NCBI GenBank assembly: GCA_002633005.1
Contig: NMRA01000188.1
Location: 1-64,000, forward strand
Direction of reading: 5' to 3'
Length of the DNA stretch: 64,000 bases
Source of the DNA: Phoronis australis
Taxonomy: Eukaryota > Animalia > Phoronida
The translations under genes and the position numbers were made by a program. Below the pieces are notes generated by a model that saw nothing but the letters and a program-made list of their open reading frames with translations, was not told the DNA's origin and made no database searches. This document shows, one piece after another, positions 50,463 through 63,300 of this stretch (the first letter of the stretch is position 1; each line of letters opens with the position of its first letter).

Positions 50463-51423
50463 TGCCCGGCTGCATGAAACAGTCCCTAATTAGATTCGTA
50501 ACCAAGTTCCCAAACTAGTTAGGGAAGTTCCTATAAGGATTTTGTTAAAGGACTGTTGCATGAAAAGGTGCTACACTCGGTCCTTACTAGGAGCGACCTA
50601 AATCCGAAGTAAAATCCCAAAGCCGAACAATCCGATGATCGCCGTGGCTAAGGTCGCTTAAAATGGCGAAAATTATTATCAACGATAGAATACCTGTTGC
50701 ATTTACATCCTCTGTTCCACCTTTTGAATGATTGTATGAGTAGAGTGCACACTCAATTTGCATTATCTGAGAATTCGAGTTTCTACTGCTGTTGAGAGAG
50801 CAGACGATCAATTGTGGCCGCCTATGCTAATGTAAATTTAAAAAAAAAATAAGTTGTGGCGAACAGGTGAGAATCCCAGAATCTCCTGTTGGAATCGCCG
50901 CACTTTCCAACGCGCTGTTAAAGTCGCCTGCTCGGGGAATTAAGTGAGACGTGGGGTAAGTCGTGGCACCATAGACTATAGACAACAGTACTATAGTCTA
51001 TGGTGCCACTATAGTAATCGATAAAAATTCAGTTTAAGATGGAACTGCTAACCTGTACAGTGGGTGAGATCAAGCCTTTTCTGTTCGACAACTCTACCTT
51101 CTCTTCAAGCTCTCTAACTATCATGAATATCCCAGTCTTTGAAAACCTAAATCTTTCGTTAAGCTCTTTGTCGCTAAACGTCTCTAGCGGTGTAGTTCTG
51201 TCACGGAAAATTCTTTATTCAACAGCAATATGAGTTTGATCAGCCATTTTATTGCTAGGGATTCAACTTAAGGACTAACTTTCGGTTACCCCAAACTCCT
51301 AAACTAACTGGGAACTTTTCATGCAACAGTTCCTGAACTTTAGGGACGTCCCTAAACTTTAGGGACGTCCATAAGACTTGAGGACATCCCTAACATTTAG
51401 GGACTGTTTCATGCAAGCGGGCA
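50463..51423 (-). mobile_element. Non-autonomous Harbinger/PIF element with a transposase N-terminal relic
   Basis: TIR TGCCCG(G/C)(C/T)TGCATGAAACAGTCCCTAA; CTG/CAG flanks; empty site gctCTGaac near 35355; 51247-51040 reads RIFRDRTTPLETFSDKELNERFRFSKTGIFMIVREL..ISPTVQV (HARBI1-like N-terminus). Confidence 0.8.
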
Positions 51424-52850
51424 CAGAAGTAGAGATACAACATGCGACCCCCCTCCCCCCAGCAAACATTTCGTTCGGGGTCTGAGCCCAGTCAACTAGT
51501 GTAAGTTGTTTACACAGATATTAACTAAGACCCAGCATGAGAACATCTGTATGCCAGGTCACAGTCAGAAAGCGGTGTTCTTCATTGGAACTATTTTAAA
51601 GTGTGCAGAGAGGGTCTGGCATATCTGTACCGCAAGCTTTGTTTCTTGGTCGTGATGCGTGGTGTTACAATTTTATTTATTCCACTATCAGGGGTCCCAT
51701 AACAAAAATTCCAAGTATTGAAGGACTCCTTTACTTCTTTATTCGGGAAGTCAAGTTTGTGGCATGCTCAGCAATGACTAAGATTATCTGGAAAGCAGAT
51801 GGTTACACAGCAAAGTCTTGTTGTGACAATTTAAAAACTCACTCTAAAGCCCACAGTAATTAAACGAAATGTAATAATATTAACTTCACACGCATTGATA
51901 CAATTCCATCAGAATGAGTAACGTGTTTTAACATGGATATGTAGATGTATCTTTGGCAAATGTGCGTCGATTTTAACCCAAAACATACAGTTGTGGTCGA
52001 CATAAGATAATGCAAAATTAAATGTCAAAATTATAAGAGAAAATGCAACATTTGAAATACCCGAATACTCAAGCACATTTCACTCACAGACAGCTGGAGG
52101 GCTTATCACAGCAGTAAATCAAATGCGAAGCTGTTAACTTAAACAAACTGCTGCACACTTGTTTATGTGGCCGTCCGTATAAAACCTACCCCAACTTACG
52201 GACCCTGGACTTCAGACCCTGTCCGGAATGAACGCCCAGACCTAGTCTCTCTGTTAGAGTACGGATGTATTTGTATGGGTTTCCATTCTTTTAGATTTAA
52301 CATACGCAACTTCACTACAGCTTTTGTTGCTAAAATCTGACTTTTAGTCGTGTATTGTTTACAGAAAACCCCCAATGTGGGCGCTTGTTCATTACACTCT
52401 GAAACGAGTAGGCTTAGGTCTATCAACAAATCTTTCATTGGTCAATAAAAAAGCCTTCCCGTATTAACAGTAAATCGTTGGCATTGGTGTATTGAAAAGG
52501 GGAAGGCGCAGATGAAGGAACGGAGGCACAGTCAGGGCCAGTGCGAGAGCTAAAGTGTTTCTGTATTCATGATCGCCAGTGTATTGCATTGATATGACTT
52601 TGAAAGTTTTGCAGAAGATCATTAGGACCCAGGAGAGTTTCCTGCCTTTTCGAAACTGTTGGGTATACCTATGATCAAACATTATCCGAAAGCAAACAAT
52701 GTCATGTATACCACGAAATTATCGAGATCACTGTAAGACACGGTAAGCCTTACTTCTGGCGAGGTTACATTCAACAATGAACTCGCTCATACGATTAGTA
52801 GATGCCGACAACAATATGCGAGACACATTCCTGCACGATATTTCAAATAC

Positions 52851-54005
52851 AGCCGATTTCATAAAGGTAGTTTAAAGTTATACTTGGTTTAAATTGTATT
52901 TTGACCAGGTTGATTTTTAGACTTGGCCAGACCCAGCTTAAAAAGTAGTTAAATATGCCACATTTGCACGATATAGGTGCAGCTGAATGATGCCGCGGTG
53001 TGCATTTACGACACATATTTAGAACGATATTGGACTATTTTCAATATTCAGTTTTACAACGACACAACATCAAACATAGCAGGGGCAGATCCAGGTTTTT
53101 TTAAAAGGGGGAGGGGTTGGGATCAAGAATTTGAAAATTCTACATTCACTAAAATCAATCAGTGTAAAAAGGGATATAAACCCCCTTGATCCCCCTGGAT
53201 CAGCCTATTCGTAGACCATTACGTGCTGCAAGGTGTCCTTTGTCTTAAACGCTATTGACATGTATGAAGACGCATCTTCTGATGGTTCTGACTGAGTTCC
53301 ACCTACATTGGTCCCTAATTAAAAGTTGTCGAGCAGGGGTCCTGCCCCATCCCCCTTGTTCGCACTAAAATGACATGGAACTTCATTATGTAGCGGCTAA
53401 TCGTGAGCATTTCCCTTTCATGTGTGCACGTGTGTTGGGCACATGGATTAAAATGAAAAACGTCCGCTCATGATATCCTAGATCTGACACAAGGTCCCTC
53501 ACCGGTTTTCTTTGAAATTTTCACCAATGAAATTTTCTTTCCCTCCTTCATTTTTAGTAATATCCTTTAACTGGTTGTGGCTGCATTTCTCCGATTTGGG
53601 GCCAATATCATCCCAAGTATGCTGTTTAGGCTGACTTGATTTGACACCAGTTTTCGTGTTCTCTTTAACATTGACTTTTCTCTGATCATTTCCGGGAGGG
53701 AATATTTTTCCTCATGACTTTTTGCTCAAATGTCTGCACTGATCCTACAACTGTGTGTCATTTATACCCACATGATCAAGGCTTCACAGAAGCGCTTTGC
53801 CAGTTTAATCCAAATCGACACAGTGGGGTGGCTTAGACACTTTAAACCTAGTTTTACTAAACTAGCTCCCTAGTCTAACAAAACCAGGCTTTCAGACATT
53901 GAAGCTACGTTGGTGAAATACAGGCTAGGTATAAAATTAGACCATGTCTAGAAAGAGCAGGTTTACATGTACTGTAAGTCTTAAACTATCTTTTTGAAAT
54001 CAGCT
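52851..54005 (-). mobile_element. Harbinger-like element with a Myb/SANT-like ORF relic
   Basis: TIR AGC(C/T)GATTTCA(T/A)AAAG(G/A)TAGTTTAA at both ends; relic KQHTWDDI..NQLK..KKTGEGP near 53490-53620 resembles the Harbinger Myb-like KTGGGP motif. Confidence 0.6.
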
Positions 54006-54029
54006 ACAAATGTTTGAATTTATATATTC

Positions 54030-54460
54030 TCAGATGGATTGTGTCTAAGTTTCTGACGTTCTTTTAATATTATTGAATTTTTCGTTGTATTAACTTGCAT
54101 GTTTTACCTTAAAAAATTAATCTGGTTATAAACGACAAATAACTTACCTTGACGAGATAGAGACAAATCAAGAGCAGAGTTAGACCAGCGGATAAGTTTA
54201 AAGTGTCAACTTCAATTTATTCAACACAATATATTTCTGAGCGTATTTTAATATACTTGTACATATTGATACGTGAATATTAAATTATGGTAATGAAGTG
54301 GACAATCATAAATAGACAAATACGAAAGAGCCAATGAAGCTTAGGGCCCCTTATTTAGCAATAAGGGTTACGTAAGATGAAGGTAATACATTAACAATTG
54401 CTTTCCTACAGTCAGCAGTAGACACGTGTTTCAGTCGTTGTCGCGTGTATTACCAGTAGT
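54030..54460 (-). promoter_or_regulatory. Conserved upstream block of copy D: candidate promoter and non-coding first exon (donor after 54148)
   Basis: Paralogue of 38900-39370, about 4.2 kb upstream of the ATG in both copies. Confidence 0.4.
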
Positions 54461-55466
54461 CAGGGCCATAGGAAGCGGGAAGCGGAGGGTCCCGTGCCCC
54501 CAAAAAATATGCAGGCGTCAGGGTTAAACTATGGCAACCGATATAGGCTTGGGGCCGGGGACAGTAGAGAAAAGAAAGACTTAGAATAAAAAATAAGAGA
54601 GAAAATTGAAGAGAACAGTTGACAAGTCAGTATCAGTGCATGGTTTACCCTTTGAGAGCTCTGTCCACTAAATTGTTGTTAGGGTCTCCGTTTTTGTTGC
54701 AGACATGTAGGTTGTCTAAACGCTCTTGAAAACGTGCACTTTGTCACTCGTCCATGTATTTCGAAATATCGAAAAACTTCGTAATGCGAAGCTTTTTCGG
54801 AGCATATTAATTCACTGGATTTTTTAAATTCAAACGCGGAAATGCCCTGCTCTAGCAAAGGATAACAAAGACAACTGTCGCTCTATTTTTCGTGTTTTTC
54901 TTTCTCTAAAGTGTAAATACTTGGTAAAATTGATGGTCTGGCAGATAACATTAATTGCGGCGCATTTCCTGACTTGAAGATATAGATCTTTTCATATTTA
55001 GGCGCCCAGCTCTTGAAGAGAACCATTGATGACATTCAAGTGGGCACCCTTTTAGTGTTTTAATTGGCAAATACTTAAGGGGCCGCACACGAAGAGAGGG
55101 CCCAATGTTAGAATCGATTATCTCTATTTTCCTGTTTTTGTGAAATCGTACAACCGGCTTTCATGCTGAGGAAAGTCACTTCTTGCAAGGTCACCCGACA
55201 ATGGAATGAAATGTCACTCTTTTCCAAGCTTAATGATGTGTAGACTTTCATCTTAGGTGACCCATTTCAGACGGGACCCCCTCTCGGTGGAGCTGTCCGG
55301 GTGTACCTCTAAATCCGGCATTGCCAAGTATTCACGAGGGGAAGTTGAGATTCACAAATATGGTGACATCCCGAGAACAAGGGGGGTGGCGATAGGAAGG
55401 AGATAGGTTGGCGAAGTCGAATTGGTTTGTGCCCCCTCCAATAATTTTTGCCTTCCTACGGGCCTG
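54461..55466. mobile_element. hAT-like non-autonomous element
   Basis: TIR CAGGGCCATAGGAAG / CAGGCCCGTAGGAAG; TSD not clear. Confidence 0.55.
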
Positions 55467-55693
55467 TAAATGGGGAAACGTTACCGCTAATTAAAATTGG
55501 ACTTACAGAGAAAAGGAACATGGCGGCCGGGGCAAACGCCAGCGCCATCTATACGTCATAATTCTTTAACAAGCCGATGCTTCTCAGCACTGCTTCTACT
55601 GGTCGCTTGCCGTAGTGTATGATTAGAAGTACGTAACTACCTATAAATTTACCACACACCATCTAACCTAAAGCACTGAAAATCACACCTTAC

Positions 55694-56393
55694 CGACTGA
55701 GTTTGTGCCAGTTTTTCACACGTTGCTGTTCCACATGTCATACCAGTGGTCAGTTCACTGAAGAATACCAAACATTTAGCTGTGCCGTAGAGAACTTTGC
55801 AACCAACAGAGCCGCTTCCACACAGGGGCTTCATGACAACAGGAAACGTTAATTTGGGTAAAGCTTCCTGTAGTTCTTTCTCAGTGTTTACAGTTTTTTG
55901 ACGTCCCGCAACTTTTTGCTGCAGTCAACTTTTCCGTGCATTAGGCCTAATCTCTGTAGACATGAGCATTTTTTCACAATGATAGAAAAGCGTTATATAA
56001 TGAAAACAAATATTTAGGCCTGGAATGTTCTGTTCATGCTTTTGTTAGAGTAACATAGAACTTGCGTCCAAATATTAACGTCTAGGTCCTAGCTTTTGTA
56101 ATAAGCAATAACTTACGTTGATATTCCGCCAGTTGATTATTCCTGCACTGACCTCTTCAATCGTACGACCATCTTCTTTTTCGTGGATGAGGCCGTCAAC
56201 ATTAAACTCATCAGCGATTCCCAAAGCCTTCAGTTTTCACACCAGGAGCGGTTCTCTTCGTTATTTTAAGCCATGTTCTTTTTATTTTGGCCGAGAAAGA
56301 AATTTGCACCTCTTCATCTGTAGTTTTGAAAGCTCGGTTTCGAATACACAAAAGCGTTTCGTCGACTAGAGACCCAAAGTGTTTGTACTCCAT
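55694..56393 (-). pseudogene. Copy E: ATP-grasp ligase relic (deleted exon 1 plus partial exon 3)
   Basis: Exon 1 (56393-56117) is 277 nt, frameshifted. Intron 1 sequence joins directly into exon 3 near 55893, so exon 2 and intron 2 are deleted. Exon 3 runs to 55694 with MKPLCGSGSVG; no exon 4. Confidence 0.85.
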
Positions 56394-56849
56394 AGGTATA
56401 ATCATGAAATAACTCAGTGACCACTGATTGCACCACCCGGTGCTTGATTTGACACTACAAGAAGGTAGCGTAGTATGCATTACATGCCAATAAGATCTCA
56501 CAGAGAATCCGTAAGATTAAACGGATCCAGACACCAAAATACATCAAAATTGAAGTTTGACTTTTAGGGATAGTTGAAGCTTTAACCACAAGACCATATT
56601 GGAGGGTGGGTGCGGGGGGCACGGGAGTGCGATCGAGCTACTCCTCCCAGCAAAAGTTTCAGTTCTAGCCTTCCTGCTACGTTACCAATAGGTTACCAAT
56701 CCTTTAAATTCAGCCCCTGCTGCTCAAAAACAAATGTTTAGCCGAGTTTTCTTACAGAAATTCCCATCGTTGGCACTGCTACGTGTTCACAACATTCTGT
56801 AAAAAAATGGCTTAGGTCTATTAATAAGTCTCTGGCCTATGATAATGCC

Positions 56850-58060
56850 GTTGTTGCACTTCCTCACAGAATGTGGAAGCTATTGAGTGCAATTTGGAAA
56901 TCATGAACGTTCCCAAGCGGATGGGGCAGGGCCGAGGATTGTTTCATTCCGAAGATAGCAGTGGCAAAGGTAATAGAGGACTTCCGACCAATTTCTCTTC
57001 TTTGCCTAGAGAGCAAAATTCTTTGCTATAGTGTAGTGACAGATGGTAGCATATGCGTTGGGAAATGGTTATATCAGCCCCCCAGGTGCAGAAAGGGAAG
57101 GATTACTCTGGCTGTACACGGAACACAATCATGCTTTCAAAACTCATCAGAGAATACAAGCAACAAGCTAAAGATTTGGCAACCATATACATGTAGCTGA
57201 ATTCAAATAGCGCTTACACATTTATGCCTCATCTGTCAATAGAATTAGCATGAGGACGCCTGAAATACCATAGAAAATCCATCTACTTATTCTTAACTAT
57301 GTACTATAGTCTTTGATGTGATTAATTGTGAAAGACTTCACGATGAAGTGGCAGCCCTTGGAAATGGGAACTGGGACCCTGTGCACCATATCCATTATAC
57401 TGTTTGTGACAGGAATAAACATCTTACTAGAAAGAGCCAGCAAGGAATTCAGAGGTCCACTACTCCATGGGTCAAGACTACCATGGCATTCGTGGACGAC
57501 CTAACCATTACTACCAGCTTCACCGTTGTAGCAGCATGGCTGAAGAAGTTGGCAGAGTTGGTGAAAAGAATGAGGACGAAGTTGAAGGTCCCCAAATCCA
57601 GGACCCTGGTGTTGACGAAGGGATGTTTTATCATACTTGCAGAATTGATGGTAAACCCATGCCTTCTCTGGACAATAAACCTTTGAAATACCTGGGCAAA
57701 CATTATGGCACTACGTTGAGGGTCTCCAACGACAGCCGGGGTACCGTGCATATGGTGGCAATAATCTAAGGAAGTTCGTCGCGAGTGGACTTCCAGAAAG
57801 ATTCAAGGTCTGGTGTTGCCAATCCATGCAGTCGAACCTAGCGTAGCCTCTGAGTATCTATAACACATCCCTGTCGACCGTGGAATTGATGGAGAAGAAA
57901 GTCAGCGCAGCCTTGAGGAAACGGTGGGGTCTATACATCAGGTTAACAACAGTCGCTGGAGCCTGGATTATGTTGAGGGACTCAAGGTCTGAGATATGAA
58001 TGCACAGATAATGGGTGGATGTTTCACAATGTTCCTCTGGAGGTCGGATGTAGAGGTTTT
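56850..58060 (+). mobile_element. HERO-like (restriction-like endonuclease) non-LTR retrotransposon relic
   Basis: GCFIPK..FRPISLL, AFVDDLTIT, KSRTLVLTKG, PLKYLGKHY, GLPERFKVWC and terminal PLEVGCRGF. Confidence 0.7.
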
Positions 58061-58399
58061 ACTACCAAGAGCTAATGGAGAATTTCGAGGATTTTGGCGC
58101 ATACTAAGTTATTACGGCAAGAGATACTTATGATGCATCCGGCTGCAGAGTGGTAACACATGGAAACGTAACTTATCTCAAATAATTGTATGTGTCTTTC
58201 TGGGGATGCTGGGGACTTTGAAATACTTGCAATAGCTGAATCTTTATAGCGGAGTTGCAACCGAATCGATTTAACGATTGCGCATGTCCGGAAATTAGTG
58301 TGCGCAAAGGCTATTGGGATTGATAAGGGTAAATGGAATGGCCGATTGGTTTGCATGACGTGTGATTTGTGTGCATTAAACTACGCTGTTATATGCAAT

Positions 58400-58860
58400 T
58401 CTGCCGCTATTCGCCCTAATAAGCGCCCACGCCCCAACAAGTGCCCCAACGCGTTTTCAGACTTTGCTAAAGTAAGCGCCCAGCCCATGAACTACATGCG
58501 AAAAATGCCCTTACCTACAGTTCTAACGTCTCCAATTTATCAATTGAAAGATCCGACAGTCCTGAATTTGTAGACCACGAGCCTCACCGTTATGTCCGTA
58601 TACACTTCAAACTTACGCCGCGATTCAAAAAGAACGCAGAAGTTTTGCTGCTCTTGAGAGGAATGTGCCCCACTACGCGGGTGTGGACTTTGAAAAGAGA
58701 TGCAGTGTACTTGTCAGCGGCCTTGCATTGTTTCTTTCCGGTACAGATCTTCTCCGGCCTCAACAGGGCTGTCATCGAAGACATTTAGTCGGGAACTATC
58801 TATTCATGAAACGGGTAACAAAGCATCGGCAAATAAATATTGGCACTAACTTCCGAAAGT
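58400..58860 (-). mobile_element. pogo/Tc1-like element remnant with a HIRAN-like ORF relic
   Basis: End sequence CCGCTATTCGCCCTAATAAGCGCCC; relic DKYTASLFK...VVGHIPLKSSKTSAFFLNRGVSLKC. Confidence 0.5.
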
Positions 58861-60328
58861 TTCTAATACTGTAAAAAACTTTTGCATTTTTTTAAGAGAA
58901 ATTATTTAACTAATCGTAATTGGTGTTTTTAAGGTCAAAATGACCCACTTCGCACCCTTACACCCCAAATCTTCCGTAAAATAGCTGTTACACTACGGTC
59001 ACGCATCCACTCACCCGGCGACTCAATGAGTGACATATCGGTCTTACCGAAAAAATTCTCGAACGTTTTTAGCAGATGAGGCCAGCAAGTGCTAAGCCGT
59101 AAATATTAAAACACGCTCTGCTTGACTGCTTAAATTATTTTTTTTTTTTTTTGGATACAATGCACACCTAGATCATTACATTACTCTGGCAAATGAACTC
59201 TGACAAGCACACGCACGCTTACTCTCACACACACGCATACAAACTTCAAAACAAACGTCACGTGACAACAACATGTGTTCCCACAGAGATTTTTCTCGGG
59301 TTGCGTGCTACAATCTAGCGTAGATTTGGACTTAATCTGCAGTTAATCCAGACTTCACAAGAACTTAAAAATCTTAGAGACGCTATTTGGAAAACTTGAG
59401 GAGGATTTCAGGTAATTTGTTGAGTCAAAGCTGTATTCTTATTTAAGAATTCAAGCCCTATCGACGATTGCGAGACCGGCAGCTACGCATTTGTCGGCAA
59501 GATTTCGCCCTGGGACTTCCAACACAATTTTATGAAAAATGATCGTAATTTAACAACGAATTTTGATAGCAATGCACCACAATTTTGTAGAAAGTAAATA
59601 GTAATATTCGGCACGCTTTATCCTAGCGCTTAATACATGTAGTGAGCGTACGTTAAGTGTGTTGACCCAGAACAGGTGATTGTGCAGAGGCATTATCCTC
59701 AAAATTGCTCATGTTGGCTTGGTTCTGGTTTTTTTTTTTCACTACCAACCGCCGTAGAGTATTTTGTTACTGCTTCTTTGAAGGGAGATATTGTTGGGCA
59801 GTTTCCAAGATACGTTTTCTTGCCGCCCTCAAAATGAGCGCTTCATACTTTATGCTACCAAGTCGGAAAGAATTCACGAAGTCGGCCTTTGCTACCAGCT
59901 CTACTAATGTCTCTGACCCATGTTTAACGCAGTTCTTGATCCTTGGGAAACAGGTAGTAACTAAATTTTTTATCTCGCTAACTGGTATTATAGCATGCCA
60001 GGCACACAACACGTATAACCTCCCTGTGGCCGGTTCACCCCCACGCTTGCCGACGTACTTGTTTACCGGCTTAAGCACAATGCAACATTCTGACCCATTT
60101 CCAATATGGCGGCGTTGCAACTCCGCTATTGAGTATCCTGATATGGGAGAGCACGAGCTCAAGCGTTTTAAAATTCTATGAAATACTTTATCAGCGTGCA
60201 AACCTTTTCAAGAGTACTTAGCTAGTCCACAAACACTCTGATTAGTAAAATGAATGTCATAGCTGTCTAGATTAAATAGTGAGTAATACTCAATTGTTGA
60301 CAACCGCAATTCTTGCACATTAATGATA

Positions 60329-63300
60329 TCAAAAAAATTCATTTTCAATGTGGGCGAAAGTATACTTATAGCACTCTCTTAAATTCACAATGCGATCGCA
60401 CAAAATGAATTCAAACCTCGTTCTTACATGTCTCCTCTGGCAAAAATGAACCACATCAGTTGTGCAAAAATTTGCAGACAATTGCCACCTTGCACACCAA
60501 TTACTCAATACGTTCATTAAATCCTGTAAATAGGTTTCATTACCCGAAAAAATCTCATGTCATCTGCGTACAACAGATATGATAAATTACATCCATCAAA
60601 ATTGATACCCTTGCCATAACTGTTCAAGTCATTAATCAAATCATTTATGAAAATTAAAAACAATGTAGGCGACAATGGATCCCCCTGCATGACCCCTCTT
60701 TGTACTGGAAACCAGTTGGTATAACTTGACTGACCTAATTGTACACAGGCTTCTGTCTGCGCATACAACGATTTTACTGAGTATAGAATTTTCCAACCAC
60801 TCCTAAATCAATTAATTTTTTCAATAAAAAGTTTCTATCTAAACTGTCGAAAGCCATTTCCGTATCGACGAATATTGCAAACGTAGGTCTATTACAAGCT
60901 ATCCTATTTCTAACAATAGACGTGAGTGTAAACACGTGGGTCAAAACAAGACCGCCCCTGTCGAAAACCATTTTGTTCTTCATTCAGTCTGTGTTCGATA
61001 TTCAGAAACTCGGTTAATCTCCTGTTTAATACATTACAATACACTTTGCTCACGGTGGAGAGCAAGCTTATGCCTCTATAGTTGTACGGTAAATTCAAAT
61101 CTCTATCTGACCCTTTCGGTATAGGGGTGATAATCGCTTTATACCATAATGATGGAATAAATCCAGTTTTATAGACCTTCTGAAAGAGTGAGGCCAAAAT
61201 ATTAACTATCTCTGGGGATCTCAGCACTTCGTATGGGATACCGTCTATACCAGTGGCCTTACCCGATTTTAATTTTCGAATAACAGAATAAACTTCAAAA
61301 AAAGAAAACTTTTTTCCAGTACTTCTTTTACACGACCGGAACATTCAGCATATTGCATTGCTTTCTCCAAATCCTCTACGTTTTGACTTTCAGCCATTGG
61401 AATTTTCGCAAACAAATCTCTAAAACTGGCTTCCCATCTTTCTGAAGGAATAATATTTTCGTGTCTCCTCTTGAGCTGAGGTCCTTAGTTCTTGAGTTCC
61501 TTCCAAAAACATTGGGGTCATTTTCACATGATTCTTCTATCAGTGTCAATTTATTTTTCAAATACTGCCTTTTTAAAAACCTGAATCTCTTGTCAAAGTA
61601 ATATCTAGAGTTATTATATTCATAGAGTCGCTCCATTCGTCGTTTAGTATTTTTTCTTTGAGAAATACTTCTCCTTTTTGGGCCACGTTTTCCAAAGTTG
61701 CGTTAATTCATCATTCCAAAAGGGCTTGTTTGCCTTAAATTTTTTCCTCAGATTTTTTGTTACAATTTTGAGTACATCTTAAATGAAACTCCATTTCTGT
61801 TTTTATAATTTCGCAGAGGGAGTTATAAATCTCATCAACTTCATATTGTCTTCGACACTTATTTTCTAATATTAAAAGCAACTCTGCAATCGCCCTTTTA
61901 AAATTTTCATTATCCATGAATTCACTAGGGATAGAATTTAGTTTAAACCGTTTTATAAATCGCATATCAAAGGAGTTATCCGTACCGTGATCCTCTACAG
62001 ATTCGTCACTGATATTCACTGGAACGTGCAGCATAATTTCTAATAACAATACATTGTGATCAGGAATTTTTGCCTTTTCTGACAGTAGTCCCAGTAAATG
62101 ATGTTTGTCAACTACCTCTGTACAAGCATGGACCTAAAATTTAAGACAAGACGACAAGACTGGGGCGACTCATGGGGGACAATAAAGTACAATCTACGAC
62201 CGCTCTTCCTCTATTACTTATTGAGGTGAAGTTGTCTTTACTTATCTTTTTCCTACCATTCACTATGCAAGTTTTAGAGCCGAACAAAAAGTCAATCAAA
62301 CTTCTACCATGACTATTTACAGCTTTATAAATTACGACTCGTTTATTTACTTAACAAAAAAAAACATCTGGAAGGTAATCATTCAAGTTACCCACTATCT
62401 AGTTAAAATCTCCACATATAACAATGTCATCTGCAATATCTGCATGTAAATATAACTGGCATAATAGATGGCTATAGGAACTATCCGGATCACAACCCCT
62501 TGAAGAGTTCTCAGGTGGTAAATAGCTACAAAATACAATTATACAATAGTCTGAGCGTATATGAGTTAGTCTTAAAGCTAATATACCATCACACGACTTA
62601 TCAACAATATCAATTTTAAATGTTTTAAACAAATCATTTTTAACAAATATTCCTTCCCCACCCAAACCTCTTGAGGCCCCGTGTTTATAAGCTGCCTATT
62701 GTGTCCGTACCAACAATAACCGGGCAAGGTAATAGATTTATTTGTATGTAAATGAGTTTCTACCACCCCTATGATGTGGGCGTTGAATGTAGACAGCAGT
62801 TGTTCACGGAGCAATGCATTGTTGCTAATCCAACCACAGACATTGGCCTCGCAAATCCTCAAAAGCTGTCCTATTCTGCATCACGAATTGTTTTATTCCC
62901 CGAGTCAGCCTCCTCACCTGTGGCCATTCTCACACTTCGACCATTTGAGAGGATCTTGAATTCCTTGTTGTTCGGCAAAGTTTCCATGATTGTTTTGAAG
63001 TTTATTTCAATTAACCTTTCAGTGTGAGATTTGCTTCCACGAACAAAAACTCGTTGAAATAAAGGCGTGCCCTTTAATTTTTGCTTGTTACGCAGCACTA
63101 GAGGTTTTTGAGCCAGTGACTCAACAGCAAATTTGGTCAAGGGAGGTCTTGTACTCCCCTGTCGAGAGTTCAGACGGGTGCAATCCAGTAAGGTCACATC
63201 TGAAGACAGGCCTATGCTATATAACAGTTATTCAATCACTTCACGTAAAGGTCGACTATGCCTGATGCGATAATACACAAGTCATTGTTTTTTCGAAGGG

